The notes below the pieces were generated by a model. The model was not told the origin of the DNA. It did no database searches and saw only the letters and a list, made by a program, of their open reading frames with translations. From Gammaproteobacteria bacterium (GTDB lineage: Bacteria; Pseudomonadota; Gammaproteobacteria; Ga0077536), in contig OZ244144.1 of NCBI GenBank assembly GCA_965216305.1, forward strand, positions 3,244,409-3,308,408: a DNA stretch of 64,000 nt. Reading direction: 5' to 3'. Below, in pieces: positions 38,763 through 48,469 of the stretch. Position 1 is the stretch's first letter, and every line of letters starts with the position of its first letter. Both the position numbers and the translations under genes were made by a program.

Positions 38763-39536
38763 TTACAGCGCCGAAACGTCGATAGGCGCCACGTGGTCGC
38801 CGTGTCGGCGGAAGACCATCGGCAGATCGGCCGTACTGGTCGCCAGCTTCGCCAACGCACCACCGTCGTGATTCAACGTCACGCGACGGGACCGGACCCA
38901 TTCGGGGTCGATGTCGTGCGTCGCTGCCCAGGTCCTGACGGTCGCGTCGTCGTTGGCATCGAGACCCACCAAATAGATATCGATCCCGGCGACCGCATCG
39001 ATGCGCCCGAGCAACGTCGCTACGAGGGCGTCGCAGGCCGAACACCCGGGGGCTGCAAAAAACAGCAGGCGATCGGTATCGAGATAGTCGGCATTTTTAT
39101 CAGTTTGTTGCGGCAGCCGATTCACATCGATCAACGGATCGTCCGGGTATAGACGCTTCACTGCCGCGTCGTAAGCATGCTGAAACGCAAGGATCCGATC
39201 GACATCATCACGCATCGCTTGTGCCCAGAGCTCCGCATAACGCCGGCGCTCTGCCTCATTGCGCGCGTGGATCCCGAGCACCTCGATCGGTGATATCGTC
39301 GCGGGACTGATACTTCCGCGGATCCCCTGCATCAGGCTTTGATAGCGTTGCCACTCCGTCGCCGATAAGGTCCACAGCTTCGCGCGCGTGTGTTCTGTTT
39401 CTGAAAGCCGACTCATAGTGGTTGAGGATTCATTTGTGCCGGTTTTTGGTGCGGGCGAGTTAACGTGCTCGCCCGCAAACGCCGCTGGCAGTCCCAACAG
39501 TGTGATCACCGCGATCACGGGTTTCAGATCACTCAT
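38763..39536 (-). CDS. ICE thioredoxin-fold/DsbA-like periplasmic protein (PFL_4693-like).
   Basis: From the ATG at 39536 the protein begins MSDLKPVIAVITLLGLPAAFA (signal peptide). CxxC motif in FFAAPGCSACDALV. Confidence 0.65.
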   Translation of the reverse strand: MSDLKPVIAVITLLGLPAAFAGEHVNSPAPKTGTNESSTTMSRLSETEHTRAKLWTLSATEWQRYQSLMQGIRGSISPATISPIEVLGIHARNEAERRRYAELWAQAMRDDVDRILAFQHAYDAAVKRLYPDDPLIDVNRLPQQTDKNADYLDTDRLLFFAAPGCSACDALVATLLGRIDAVAGIDIYLVGLDANDDATVRTWAATHDIDPEWVRSRRVTLNHDGGALAKLATSTADLPMVFRRHGDHVAPIDVSAL

Positions 39537-39662
39537 TATTCGAGCCTTCTTTCGCACGTTCGATTCGACACCGTTCAGGGTCGGATGCGCATCATTCCAG
39601 AATGCCGACACCGGCTGAACGGATAACGACTTCAAGACGATGCGGGGTTTCCACGACGACAA

Positions 39663-40529
39663 TTACGTGCCCAAGTAGACGCTCGAGATTTGACGACGGG
39701 CGTGTCCGAGTTCCTCGCTGATAGTTTGACGCGCCACGCGGTCCAAGACTTTCTGACCGGGACTGAGCGTCCTGGTCGCGGGCCCGGCCGCCGCCGGCGG
39801 TTTCCACCCGGTGAGGTCTTCGTATCGGCGCTGTGCGTAGGCGTGTCGCAAGCCATGAAGTTTTGATAACCCGGCATTGCTCGTTTGCCGCTCATAGAGA
39901 CGCAGTTGCTGGACGTACGTGCGTTCACTTGGAATAAGGGACCCGGTGCCTGCGAGCAATCGCGCCCGGTGGAGTACGGCGCGTTGTTCATCCGTCCTTA
40001 CCGGCACATCGCGCTCACGCCCGCCCTTGGTCCAGCTCGATTTCAGCGTGATGTGATCGCCACGGTCCGCGAAACTCGGCGTGAACTTGATCGCCTCCTC
40101 CCGACGCAGACCGAATGCCTGCTGCAGTGCGAGACTCATCCGGACGTAGGGATCCTCGATATTCTCAAGATCCCGCGTATCCACAGTCCGCGCCCTGGAC
40201 TCGTTCGTCACGAACTGTCGATCCGGGATCCCGTAATTCTCGTTAGATCGTGCGACGACGTTCTGCTTGTCTACCTTCTCCGCCCACCAACGCAGAACCG
40301 CCATCCGGTTCTTAATGGTTCCGATGGCGAGATCCTGCTGCAGCCACCCTTTCACCAAACTATCGACATGCTTCGGCTTCAGCGATCTCGCCTTCATCCC
40401 GCGGAAGCCGGCATCGTGTAACTGGTTCGCGATCAACATCAGGTGATGCATTCGCTTACTCTGCGTGACATAGCTGCCGTCACGATTGCGGCGGCAGAGT
40501 TGCTTAAGTTGGTAGTTCAGATCTCTCAC
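39663..40529 (-). CDS. Tyrosine-recombinase-fold protein internal to the ICE (Integrase_1-like).
   Basis: GLRREEAIKF (Arg), HGLRHAYAQRRY (His-x-x-Arg) and a C-terminal SSVYLG (Tyr). The N-terminus resembles the ICE/phage integrase N-terminal SAM-like domain. Confidence 0.7.
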   Translation of the reverse strand: MRDLNYQLKQLCRRNRDGSYVTQSKRMHHLMLIANQLHDAGFRGMKARSLKPKHVDSLVKGWLQQDLAIGTIKNRMAVLRWWAEKVDKQNVVARSNENYGIPDRQFVTNESRARTVDTRDLENIEDPYVRMSLALQQAFGLRREEAIKFTPSFADRGDHITLKSSWTKGGRERDVPVRTDEQRAVLHRARLLAGTGSLIPSERTYVQQLRLYERQTSNAGLSKLHGLRHAYAQRRYEDLTGWKPPAAAGPATRTLSPGQKVLDRVARQTISEELGHARRQISSVYLGT

Positions 40530-41392
40530 GGTGCTTCTTCCAGTTGGTCAGTGTTGTCGGTCATACCCGGTAACCGCAGCTACCCGGCTCGCTCGCGCGA
40601 ACAGACCGTGGGACACCAATCCCAATAGACCTGAATGTGCCTGGTCTCAGGCAACGCCGTTTTTCCCTGTCGGGTAATGGCCCGGCATTGGCCAACGTGC
40701 CCGTCAAGGGCCTGCTTTGAGTTGTCGTTGCATTGCTGCACCTCCTTTTTTTGAAATTGCGGAAAACTTCCGCGGCGAATAAAAATGAACCGTAACGGCA
40801 TCGCTACCGCGATGGATTCGGCCCTGCAGTTGAAGTCAGGCGGTTGCCTGAATGAGTGAATCGACTGAATGGTCGATTCGGTTTCGAAGATGGATCCGCG
40901 ACTCAATGTCGCTGCGCGTTATTGGATCCGAAGACGCGCTATCGCCACTTTGCCGCAGTGGCCGCGGATGAATTCGATCGAGGGCGGCATTCTAAGAACA
41001 CATAACCCCGCCGTAATCCGAAAATCCAATCGCAAACCCGCGCCGTTAACGGGACTCCGCCCTCGTCACTACCCCGCTGCGCTCGCTAGTGACGAGGGCG
41101 CCTAGTTACAGCTACGGGATCCCGCCTCGTTTTTCATGCTCATGGCGCGAGAGTCTGAAGTTCGTTTTACCTTTGATGGTGAAACCAAGTGACTCTTTCG
41201 AAAACCATGAGCCTTCGACGCAGTGCATTACGATTTGGTCAGATTTCCCGGTTAGCAAATATCTGAAAGCGTTCACCACAGCTTGTAACCAAGCGATTCG
41301 GCAATTATCGTTCAGCGTAACGCCCTCCGATAGCCAGTATCCATGCCGCCTTTTCCGGCAACAAGGATACAAATCAGGAGTCGAGAAGAACA

Positions 41393-41701
41393 ATGGCCAA
41401 TCCTAGTGATCTGGAAACTGCTTTCGACGAGCGCATGCGACAAATATATGTTCAAGCGAAGCACGAATGTGGCTATTCCGCAATCCGGTTCCTGCAAATG
41501 GTTAATACGGACGGCGGACTCGAGACGGCAAGAACGCTGCTTAATTCAGACGCGTATTCCGAAGGTTTGACCAGACTCTGGGAAGAAAAGAGGCTCGACA
41601 TCTCGATGGAAGCAACGTTATTCAGGAACCCTGGAAGCAGTTGTTTACAGAGCAACAACTCACAGTGGCCAGGAAAAAACTCGAAGCACTGGGTTATTTG
41701 A
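41393..41701 (+). CDS. Hypothetical protein, probably frameshifted near 41620-41630. The alternative frame continues to a stop at 41710-41712.
   Basis: Good ORF up to ...DISMEATLF. From about 41629 another frame reads PWKQLFTEQQLTVARKKLEALGYLIDG-stop, which looks like a genuine C-terminus and overlaps the next ATG. Confidence 0.5.
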   Translation: MANPSDLETAFDERMRQIYVQAKHECGYSAIRFLQMVNTDGGLETARTLLNSDAYSEGLTRLWEEKRLDISMEATLFRNPGSSCLQSNNSQWPGKNSKHWVI

Positions 41702-41704
41702 TCG

Positions 41705-42157
41705 ATGGATGAGCGTGTAAGAAAGATCAAAACCGCCAAGGGCTGCGAAATTTTCGCTAAAAACGCGCAGGAGCGAGGACGCCCGGACCTGGCGAATGAG
41801 GCTAAGCGAAGAGCGGTTGAAATACGCGCAGAGGAATACGGCGCGCAATCGGCCGCTGAGAACGAGGCGATACAAGCCATTTATGCCTATGAAGAGGTAT
41901 TGACAAGGAAAAATGGCAAACGGACTCGAGCCTCCCGCACCTGGCAGATGATTAAACGCCACGGAATTATTGAGTCTGTCGAGCGAGCCGTTAACCGCGA
42001 CGCGGAAACCCAAGGCTACACGGCATTGGTCGCGATGGGATTGGAAGATTTCGCGTTTGAGGCGGTAATCCTCCGACATCCGGAATTATTCAGTGAAGCA
42101 GCTGTGAAAAAATCTCGTGAGCGAATGGGCGCGTGGAGAAATACCCGAACCGATTAA
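41705..42157 (+). CDS. Hypothetical protein (150 aa), AT-rich cargo.
   Basis: Clean ORF immediately after the previous gene. It shares a similar-looking helical C-terminal region with the previous gene. No family recognised. Confidence 0.55.
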   Translation: MDERVRKIKTAKGCEIFAKNAQERGRPDLANEAKRRAVEIRAEEYGAQSAAENEAIQAIYAYEEVLTRKNGKRTRASRTWQMIKRHGIIESVERAVNRDAETQGYTALVAMGLEDFAFEAVILRHPELFSEAAVKKSRERMGAWRNTRTD

Positions 42158-42252
42158 ATGACAACTTTGCCGCGGTGTTTATTACGAAAACGGCACGGCG
42201 CCACATGGTTTTCTCATGTTGAATCAAAAGGTATCCCAGCATTAACGAATTA

Positions 42253-42870
42253 TTGACCCGATCGGCGGAACTGGAAGAAACGCTAACTGCATTCCTGAAA
42301 TTAAGGCCGTACGATAATTCTGCGCGAATCGCATCCAGTAGAACCGTGTGCGGGGTTGCGATGGAACATTCCGAGAGCGCGAAAATGCTCATTGCAACCG
42401 GCAACTTCACTTCGGCGCTCGGACTTGTTCGCTTGCAGTATGAGGCTCTCGTCAGGGCAATGTGGTTGCTTTATGGCGCATCAGAAGCCGATGTATCGAA
42501 ACTGGCGAGCGACCTCACCGAGGTCACGGCCAGAAAGGCCCAAAAAATGCCAATGCTTACTGAGATGCTTAGATCCCTTGAGGGAAAAGCCCCTCGAGAC
42601 GCGATGGATCAGCTAATTGAGTTCAAAGAATATTCCTGGAAGCCGTTGAGCTCATATGTCCACGGCGGCATACACGCTATTCATCGCCACGGTAAAGGTT
42701 ATCCGCCACGGTTACTCCGGCAGGTTTTAAAAGCGTCGAATGGCGTCTCAATAATGACCGGCATGCTACTTGTAGTTCTTTCAGGCGATACGGCACAGCT
42801 TGGGAAAATTCCGAAAATTCAGCAGACGTTTGCGGATTGCCTGCCGGAACCGAAAATCGATGAATCGTGA
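42253..42870 (+). CDS. Hypothetical protein (205 aa, TTG start).
   Basis: Clean ORF in the same AT-rich cargo patch. No motif confidently recognised. Confidence 0.5.
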   Translation: MTRSAELEETLTAFLKLRPYDNSARIASSRTVCGVAMEHSESAKMLIATGNFTSALGLVRLQYEALVRAMWLLYGASEADVSKLASDLTEVTARKAQKMPMLTEMLRSLEGKAPRDAMDQLIEFKEYSWKPLSSYVHGGIHAIHRHGKGYPPRLLRQVLKASNGVSIMTGMLLVVLSGDTAQLGKIPKIQQTFADCLPEPKIDES

Positions 42871-43000
42871 CGATCCGATCGACGTGTCGGCGAACATCAC
42901 GTTTATATGGAGTTTTCCGAGAAACTACAACCATATCCCGTTCTCGTCACCCGCTGGAGAGATTGTCTCTCCAGCGGGGTTGTGGTTTGGAAAAGAGGCT

Positions 43001-43429
43001 TCAGTCCTCGTGTGGCAGTAGCACGGTAATAACCGGCTCGCCGGCGTCACCAGGCCCAGCGATCATTTTGAGCGTCGTCAACTCCGGCTCCGTCGATTTC
43101 CCATCGCGGGGCACCCGATAGACCTGAAGTTGCAGCTCGTTAGTCTGCCGTTTGCACGTACGAATGGCATGGGAGGCCATGTAGATAACATCCCATAACC
43201 GACCCGCTTGATCCTGATAGACCTGCTTCTCACTATCGGCTTCAGTCCAAGCGACACAATTGGCCCACGCTTCTGCGGTGATAGCGATTGGCCAGACAAT
43301 GCCCGCCTCCTTGGCAATTGCGCCGGGGTCGATCAGGACGCCGTCCGCAATGGCTTGCGCACGGGAATAGGTAGAAATCACGTTCCCGAAGAAATATTCG
43401 GGTGACTGCGAGTTTGAGGTGTTAGACAT
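43001..43429 (-). CDS. Conserved ICE/plasmid hypothetical protein (142 aa).
   Basis: ORF in backbone-like GC context upstream of radC. The sequence style (FGNVISTYSRAQAIADGVLID...) is familiar from ICE accessory proteins, but I cannot name the family. Confidence 0.55.
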   Translation of the reverse strand: MSNTSNSQSPEYFFGNVISTYSRAQAIADGVLIDPGAIAKEAGIVWPIAITAEAWANCVAWTEADSEKQVYQDQAGRLWDVIYMASHAIRTCKRQTNELQLQVYRVPRDGKSTEPELTTLKMIAGPGDAGEPVITVLLPHED

Positions 43430-43525
43430 ATTAATGCTCCTTCATGTGAATGTGTCCGGGTTTCACCTCCTCCCCTGCCCGGGAAGAACGCGCTTCCCGG
43501 ACAGGGTTGGATAAAAAAATCTCGC

Positions 43526-44032
43526 TCAAAGCAGACCGCGTTCCGCGAATGAGACGCTGTCGCCGGCCGATACCACGAGGTGGTCCAGCACGCGAACTTC
43601 GATCAGCGCGAGGGCATCCTTGAGCCTGCGCGTGAGCGCTTCGTCTGCATGGCTTGGTTCTGCGACCCCTGACGGGTGGTTGTGGAAAAAGATCGTGGCT
43701 GCCGCATTGACATCTAGGGCCTGCTGAACGACGACGCGGGGATGAACCGTCGCGCCGTCAATCGTGCCCTGGAACAATTCCCGCAGCGCGATTACCCGAA
43801 GCCGGGTATCCAGAAACAGGCAGCCAAACACCTCGTGACGGTAATCCGCCAGCCGAAGACTCAGGTATTGCCGAGTTGACGCAGCGCAACTTAACGCGCT
43901 GCCGACACGGTGTTTACCTGCCAGGATTTTCATCGCCAAGCCGACCAACGATCTTTTCTCCGCATCGCTGAGTACCGAGAGTTTTAGATCGGCGAACCGA
44001 TCCCCTGTTTGTTTCATGCTTGATCTCCTCAA
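43526..44032 (-). CDS. radC: RadC-like JAB/JAMM domain protein.
   Basis: HNHPSGVAEPSHAD JAMM motif, typical RadC length, and an ICE context. Confidence 0.88.
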   Translation of the reverse strand: MRRSSMKQTGDRFADLKLSVLSDAEKRSLVGLAMKILAGKHRVGSALSCAASTRQYLSLRLADYRHEVFGCLFLDTRLRVIALRELFQGTIDGATVHPRVVVQQALDVNAAATIFFHNHPSGVAEPSHADEALTRRLKDALALIEVRVLDHLVVSAGDSVSFAERGLL

Positions 44033-44121
44033 TGGAACGGGAGATCGAACCCGTGGAGGGAAGATCCCCCACCGGGTGGTAAAGATGGCCGGGTAACTGG
44101 GTTACCCGGCCGCGTCTTGAT

Positions 44122-44526
44122 TTACGCTGCGGCCTCCTGCCGCTTGTAGAACGATTGCCCGTCGACCTTGGCCCACGCAATGCGCAGAAGCCGTGATTTC
44201 AGGCTGATCCCGATTTCACCGGCCTTGGCTCCGCTTTTATAGGTAAAGGGTTCGGCGGAAAGATCGCTCAGCGTGAAACCGAGCAACACCTTCAGATCGC
44301 AGTCGACCGCGGGTTTCAAGCGGCGCACGATTTCCCGCGCCTGCTTACCCGAGACGACGCACTCGAAGTAGCTGTACTCGGCGTTTTCCACGCTTCCCCG
44401 AAGGGCAGCAATCGTGACGCTCAAGAAGGGTGATCCTTCTTTGGGCGTGACTTCACGGATCCGGTTGAGATAACCGATCCCGTCGATATGAAGATCGAAA
44501 TACTTCGTTGTTTCGTTAGACGACAT
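44122..44526 (-). CDS. STY4534/DUF3577-like ICE protein (134 aa from the ATG at 44526).
   Basis: AAGGAG lies 8 nt upstream of the ATG at 44526. MSSNETTKYFDLHIDGIGYLNRIREV is the typical start of this ICE family. The longer ORF-track extension is not supported. Confidence 0.7.
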   Translation of the reverse strand: MSSNETTKYFDLHIDGIGYLNRIREVTPKEGSPFLSVTIAALRGSVENAEYSYFECVVSGKQAREIVRRLKPAVDCDLKVLLGFTLSDLSAEPFTYKSGAKAGEIGISLKSRLLRIAWAKVDGQSFYKRQEAAA

Positions 44527-44741
44527 TGCGCTTACTCCTTGAACGTAACTGAGATTCGAGCAAGCGCACCCCTGGCGGGGAGACTTGCCCACCAGGGTGA
44601 AACGAATGAAAACCAATCGGCTTTCTGAAGACAGACCGACGGCGAACGAATCGCCGTTGTGCACCTGTTGCACGGTCTGAAGGTGCCTCGATTGCCACTG
44701 AGCCGCAGTGACGACGGATAAATTCGGCTGGGGTGAAACAC

Positions 44742-45767
44742 TCATGCCACATCGGATGCCTCGCAGACGTAGCGCAGGTACTTCAGCATCCCGCGGGCGT
44801 TCGCAAACGCTGGGTGCGCCGCCAGTGCCTGATGCGGATACCAGTCCGCGATATCCTCGGCCAGGGCAACGGCGCCACCACCGACGAACAGGACGCGATC
44901 GAGTTCGACACCGAGCCCCAGCTGTCGCCGGGTCTCAAGATAGATGCGTTCGACAACTTCGCGTTTTGCGGCCGCGACCAGTGCGGTGACATCATGATCG
45001 GTGCCGCGCAAGCGCACGACGTTGTGCTGCACGGCGTAGTCGACGCGCTGCTCGCTGAGCACTTCGAGGTCGAACCGCGCCTGGATCTCGTCGGCGACGA
45101 GCTGTTTCACATTCAGCATGCCGCACTGCAAAGACCCGGACGACTCATGGAGGATCCCCTGATCCTTGACCACGACGTAATCCGTGGTACGCCCGCCGAT
45201 ATCGACGACGGCGACGGGGACCGATACGCGCTCGGCATCGAGGGTGATCGAATCGCCCTGTTCGACGATCACATCGTCGTACCAGGCGGCCAATGCTTCC
45301 GGGATCACTTCGTGAAAGGCGATCGCGGCCGGCAACGAGCCCGACAAGGGCTGTACAGGTTTTCTTAGACTCTCTCGCTTTCTTGCTATCGCATCGTTCC
45401 GGAGTTCACCACCCTTGCGGTAGAAGGCGCTGACAGGAAGGCCCGACACCGCATGGACGGATTGCCCCCTTAGCCCTGCGTGCTGCAGGGCGTGCTGCAC
45501 GATGGCACGATTCAACCCGGACCACGGGTATCCCTCGAAATGCGTCGGTGCGCCATCAATGGGACCGACCGAGTAGACGGCGTCTTCCGTTGCGTACTCG
45601 AAGACGCGCCGCTCGGCGTCATTGATCCAGGTCACCGCTGATTGCCCGATCCGGGCTCGTGACGGCAGGGCTATTAACCGACCATCCGGTAGTGCCAGCT
45701 TTGTAAACGCATAGCCATCGTCGAGACCTATCGCGGTCGGGATCGCCGGATTGAGTTCGGTCGTCAT
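44742..45767 (-). CDS. ParM/StbA-like actin-fold ATPase.
   Basis: IGLDDGYAFTK (phosphate 1) and VAVVDIGGRTTDYVVV (phosphate 2) motifs. 341 aa. Confidence 0.8.
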   Translation of the reverse strand: MTTELNPAIPTAIGLDDGYAFTKLALPDGRLIALPSRARIGQSAVTWINDAERRVFEYATEDAVYSVGPIDGAPTHFEGYPWSGLNRAIVQHALQHAGLRGQSVHAVSGLPVSAFYRKGGELRNDAIARKRESLRKPVQPLSGSLPAAIAFHEVIPEALAAWYDDVIVEQGDSITLDAERVSVPVAVVDIGGRTTDYVVVKDQGILHESSGSLQCGMLNVKQLVADEIQARFDLEVLSEQRVDYAVQHNVVRLRGTDHDVTALVAAAKREVVERIYLETRRQLGLGVELDRVLFVGGGAVALAEDIADWYPHQALAAHPAFANARGMLKYLRYVCEASDVA

Positions 45768-45779
45768 CGTTGTCGATCT

Positions 45780-46193
45780 CTAAGGTGATATTTCCGGGAG
45801 CACGCGTACGCCATAACCGATCACTCGTGCGAGCGCCGCAAACGGTTTGGCGCCAGCACAAGGTTCCGATTGCTGGGGTGCCGGTGCACAAGGGGCAGTT
45901 CGTCTCGATGCGTGCGCGTTTCGGTGGCCGGGTGCGTTCCACGTGGAAATGGGGATTGTCCTGCCGTGCTCGGAAGCGTCCGGTGGATTTTGAAGTGCCT
46001 GGCACTCGGCTCTGAAACCAGCGAGCAATAAACTTCGCAGCCACTCCTGGCGGCGCGTGGCCGGGGTACGCTCCAATCGATTCAAAATAATCGCCTCCAG
46101 TGCAATTCGAGGATCGAGCTGCATCGCAATGCGCGTGGTCGGTTTTACTCTAGCCATTCGATGGCCAATCGGACATCGCGCGTATTGGGGCAA
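45780..46193 (-). CDS. Hypothetical ICE protein. The start is uncertain; internal ATGs at 46157 and 46124 are possible.
   Basis: ORF in the conserved backbone between the PFL_4669-like and ParM-like genes. Only the N-terminal half looks protein-like. Confidence 0.4.
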   Translation of the reverse strand: MPQYARCPIGHRMARVKPTTRIAMQLDPRIALEAIILNRLERTPATRRQEWLRSLLLAGFRAECQALQNPPDASEHGRTIPISTWNAPGHRNAHASRRTAPCAPAPQQSEPCAGAKPFAALARVIGYGVRVLPEISP

Positions 46194-46237
46194 ACCTACG
46201 GGTTTCGATCATCTCCTCGCCAGCGATAATCCAGTCA

Positions 46238-47050
46238 TTAGCCGTCGGCATTCTTTTCGTCGTGTGGTGCGGGCATGGAGGGCCGCAGCGCGGTGAAATT
46301 CGTGGGGCTACTCAGCGCGGCCGGCGTGGTTGATCGACGAGGTGCAAACGGCGGCCGACGTTCACCGTTCAGAATGTCTTCGGGGATTTCGCCCATCGCT
46401 TTGCGCGCCTCGTGCGTCCTGCCGGTCCGCGCGCGGACCGTCGCGCGGCTCAGTTTCAGGTACCGATAAGTCTGCGGGAGCATGAAAAGGCTACGGAGCT
46501 TTCTCGCGCACGAATGCTGGATCTGTTGTCGGCGTTCAAGCCCCAGGAGCCCGACGTGTGCAGCCGTCACGACCGCGCACACCAATTCGTCGTAGCGTGC
46601 CAGCAGGCCCGCTGCCTGGTAGGCATAAGGGCTCGCGAATTGCAGGCGGATCCGGGTTGGCCGTTCCGAGCTCGCAACGGCGACGTCGATCGAAGACAGC
46701 TGTTCCAGCTGACTCGACACCGTGGCTTGCTGGGCTTCGACGAAATCGCTGACGGATCGGATCGCCTCGTCGATTCGAATCAACCACCAGTCGGCATAAG
46801 GGTCATCACTGCGGGCGCCCTGCCAGATCACGCGCAGTCGATCGGCGAAACCGATGAGCCCGACGATCGCGGGCTTATCCGGCAACGCTTCCCGTCCGTG
46901 AACGAGCATCAATGCCTGGTGCGTTTGTAACGTTAGCCACGTCTCGCCGTGCAAGGCGCCGGGAGGACTCGGTTCGATTGCACCTTGCGGATTGGCGCCG
47001 GTAAGTGGCTCTGTAGTGATCGGCTCTGCATCCATGACACCAGTGAGCAC
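46238..47050 (-). CDS. ICE protein (PFL_4669-like).
   Basis: A 270-aa ORF in the conserved position downstream of the STY4528-like gene. Family assignment is by synteny and recollection only. Confidence 0.55.
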   Translation of the reverse strand: MLTGVMDAEPITTEPLTGANPQGAIEPSPPGALHGETWLTLQTHQALMLVHGREALPDKPAIVGLIGFADRLRVIWQGARSDDPYADWWLIRIDEAIRSVSDFVEAQQATVSSQLEQLSSIDVAVASSERPTRIRLQFASPYAYQAAGLLARYDELVCAVVTAAHVGLLGLERRQQIQHSCARKLRSLFMLPQTYRYLKLSRATVRARTGRTHEARKAMGEIPEDILNGERRPPFAPRRSTTPAALSSPTNFTALRPSMPAPHDEKNADG

Positions 47051-47221
47051 CGAGCGGGTCTACGGAGCCAAGTGAGAATCCATTCGAATCATGTCGTGAT
47101 TTATAGAGGGATCACGCGGCGCGATTGCCGCGTACGTCAGACTTTCCGATCATCGAGTGTCGATATTCGACATCTGGACAAGAATTGACCGCTTGGTCGG
47201 GGCCTGACCAACCTATTAGGT

Positions 47222-48469
47222 TTAAGTTTTGGCCATAACGTTCTGATTTTTGATCACCGGCGCGCCGACCAGAACTTTCCGGAGTTCGGCAAGACGCGCC
47301 CGGCTTTCGGCAACCCGGCTCTGGCGTTCGTCATCCGTCTCCTTCGCTGGACGTTTTGCTGCGCGCCGTAGCGCGATTTCGTTGTGCCGAGCCTCCTTCA
47401 CCCGCAGGCCCAGGTTTGGTCTGAATTTTCCCCGGCGCGTCAGGTTACACAGGGATTGCAGGAAACTGAGCTCGTCATAGACGGGCTTCATGCCTTTGGC
47501 TTCGGCGTTGAAACGCCCTTCGAGCTCGTCGAGGACTGGCTGACGTTGTTCGGGCTGAAGAGTCTCGAGGTAGCGCATCGCGGTGTCTCGATGATCATCG
47601 CAGAGACGTTTAGGGAAGATTAGCGGCGCGTCGCTTTCCCCTTTCGTGTCGAATTTCGAATTATCCTTTTTCGTAGTAGTAGTATTTTTATTATTACTAC
47701 TACTACTCAAGTTCGATTTTTGGACATCGTGATCCGCGGTGTTCGAATTTTGATCACGGTGCGGCCGGCTGGTGCGCGGCTGCCGTAGATCGTGGCGCAG
47801 GCGCTGAACACTGTCCCTGGTCAGCGAAAAGCTGCGTCCCGAAACGGTCCCGTCGTTCGAAATGGTGCTGCGCAAGCGCCGCTCGATTGGATGTGGTTGC
47901 ACCCACGCATCACCGCCCGCCTTGATATCGTCGTCAATCGAATCAAGCACCGCCCGTGCGACCGCTGCGACGCGCCGGTGTCCGTGGTCCTGAGCGTTGC
48001 GAAGGAACGAGAGGTAGTGCGAATCGAGATGCAGCGCATCGATGAGCGGGATGGGCTCGTCGTGCAACGCGTAGACATGGCCGCGGAACCGGCCGTTGAT
48101 CCGTCGGCGCTTTGCGCACAGGGTCAGCCAACGGGTAGCACGCAAGATCGCAATGGCACGCGCGATCGTTGAGCGCGAGGCGACGTTAGCCATTCGGCCG
48201 ATGGCGTCATATCCGGGAAACGCGGTGTGATTGCCGCTGTCCCGGACCGCGAGCATGATCACCATCCAGACGAGCTTGTCGACCGGTTCGAGGACCGGAT
48301 CCTTCACCACCGCAACGGGGATCGACTGGTGGTGATTGCCAAGGAAGACCATTCGGTCGAATGCTCCGTCATCGATCGACGCCTCGGCCGCGGCGACCGC
48401 CTCCTGGATGACGGCTTCGAGGGCGAGTGTCTCTACGCGAGGGATGGCGGCGCGTTCATTCATCGGCAC
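47222..48469 (-). CDS. STY4528-family ICE replication/DNA-binding protein.
   Basis: 415 aa. It has a winged-helix-like N-terminal region (LVWMVIMLAVRDSGNHTAFPGYDAIGRMANVASRSTIARAIAILRATRWL) and sits after the DUF2857-like and ParB genes, as in pKLC102-type ICEs. Confidence 0.65.
   Translation of the reverse strand: MPMNERAAIPRVETLALEAVIQEAVAAAEASIDDGAFDRMVFLGNHHQSIPVAVVKDPVLEPVDKLVWMVIMLAVRDSGNHTAFPGYDAIGRMANVASRSTIARAIAILRATRWLTLCAKRRRINGRFRGHVYALHDEPIPLIDALHLDSHYLSFLRNAQDHGHRRVAAVARAVLDSIDDDIKAGGDAWVQPHPIERRLRSTISNDGTVSGRSFSLTRDSVQRLRHDLRQPRTSRPHRDQNSNTADHDVQKSNLSSSSNNKNTTTTKKDNSKFDTKGESDAPLIFPKRLCDDHRDTAMRYLETLQPEQRQPVLDELEGRFNAEAKGMKPVYDELSFLQSLCNLTRRGKFRPNLGLRVKEARHNEIALRRAAKRPAKETDDERQSRVAESRARLAELRKVLVGAPVIKNQNVMAKT

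Noticed and set aside
44733-45368. A 211-aa plus-strand ORF antisense to the ParM-like gene. Similar cases are 49427-50071 antisense to parB and 62832-63713 antisense to the pilY1-like gene.
   Set aside because: All are embedded antisense in genes with clear motifs and have the composition of GC-rich shadow frames.
47640-47720. An AT-rich trinucleotide-repeat patch (gtagtagtagta / ttattattactactactact) inside the STY4528-like gene, considered as a phase-variation switch.
   Set aside because: The repeat unit is 3 nt, so slippage stays in frame. It only encodes a Ser/Asn/Thr/Lys low-complexity linker (SSSNNKNTTTTKK), and the tracts are short. It is more likely a variable linker than an on/off switch.
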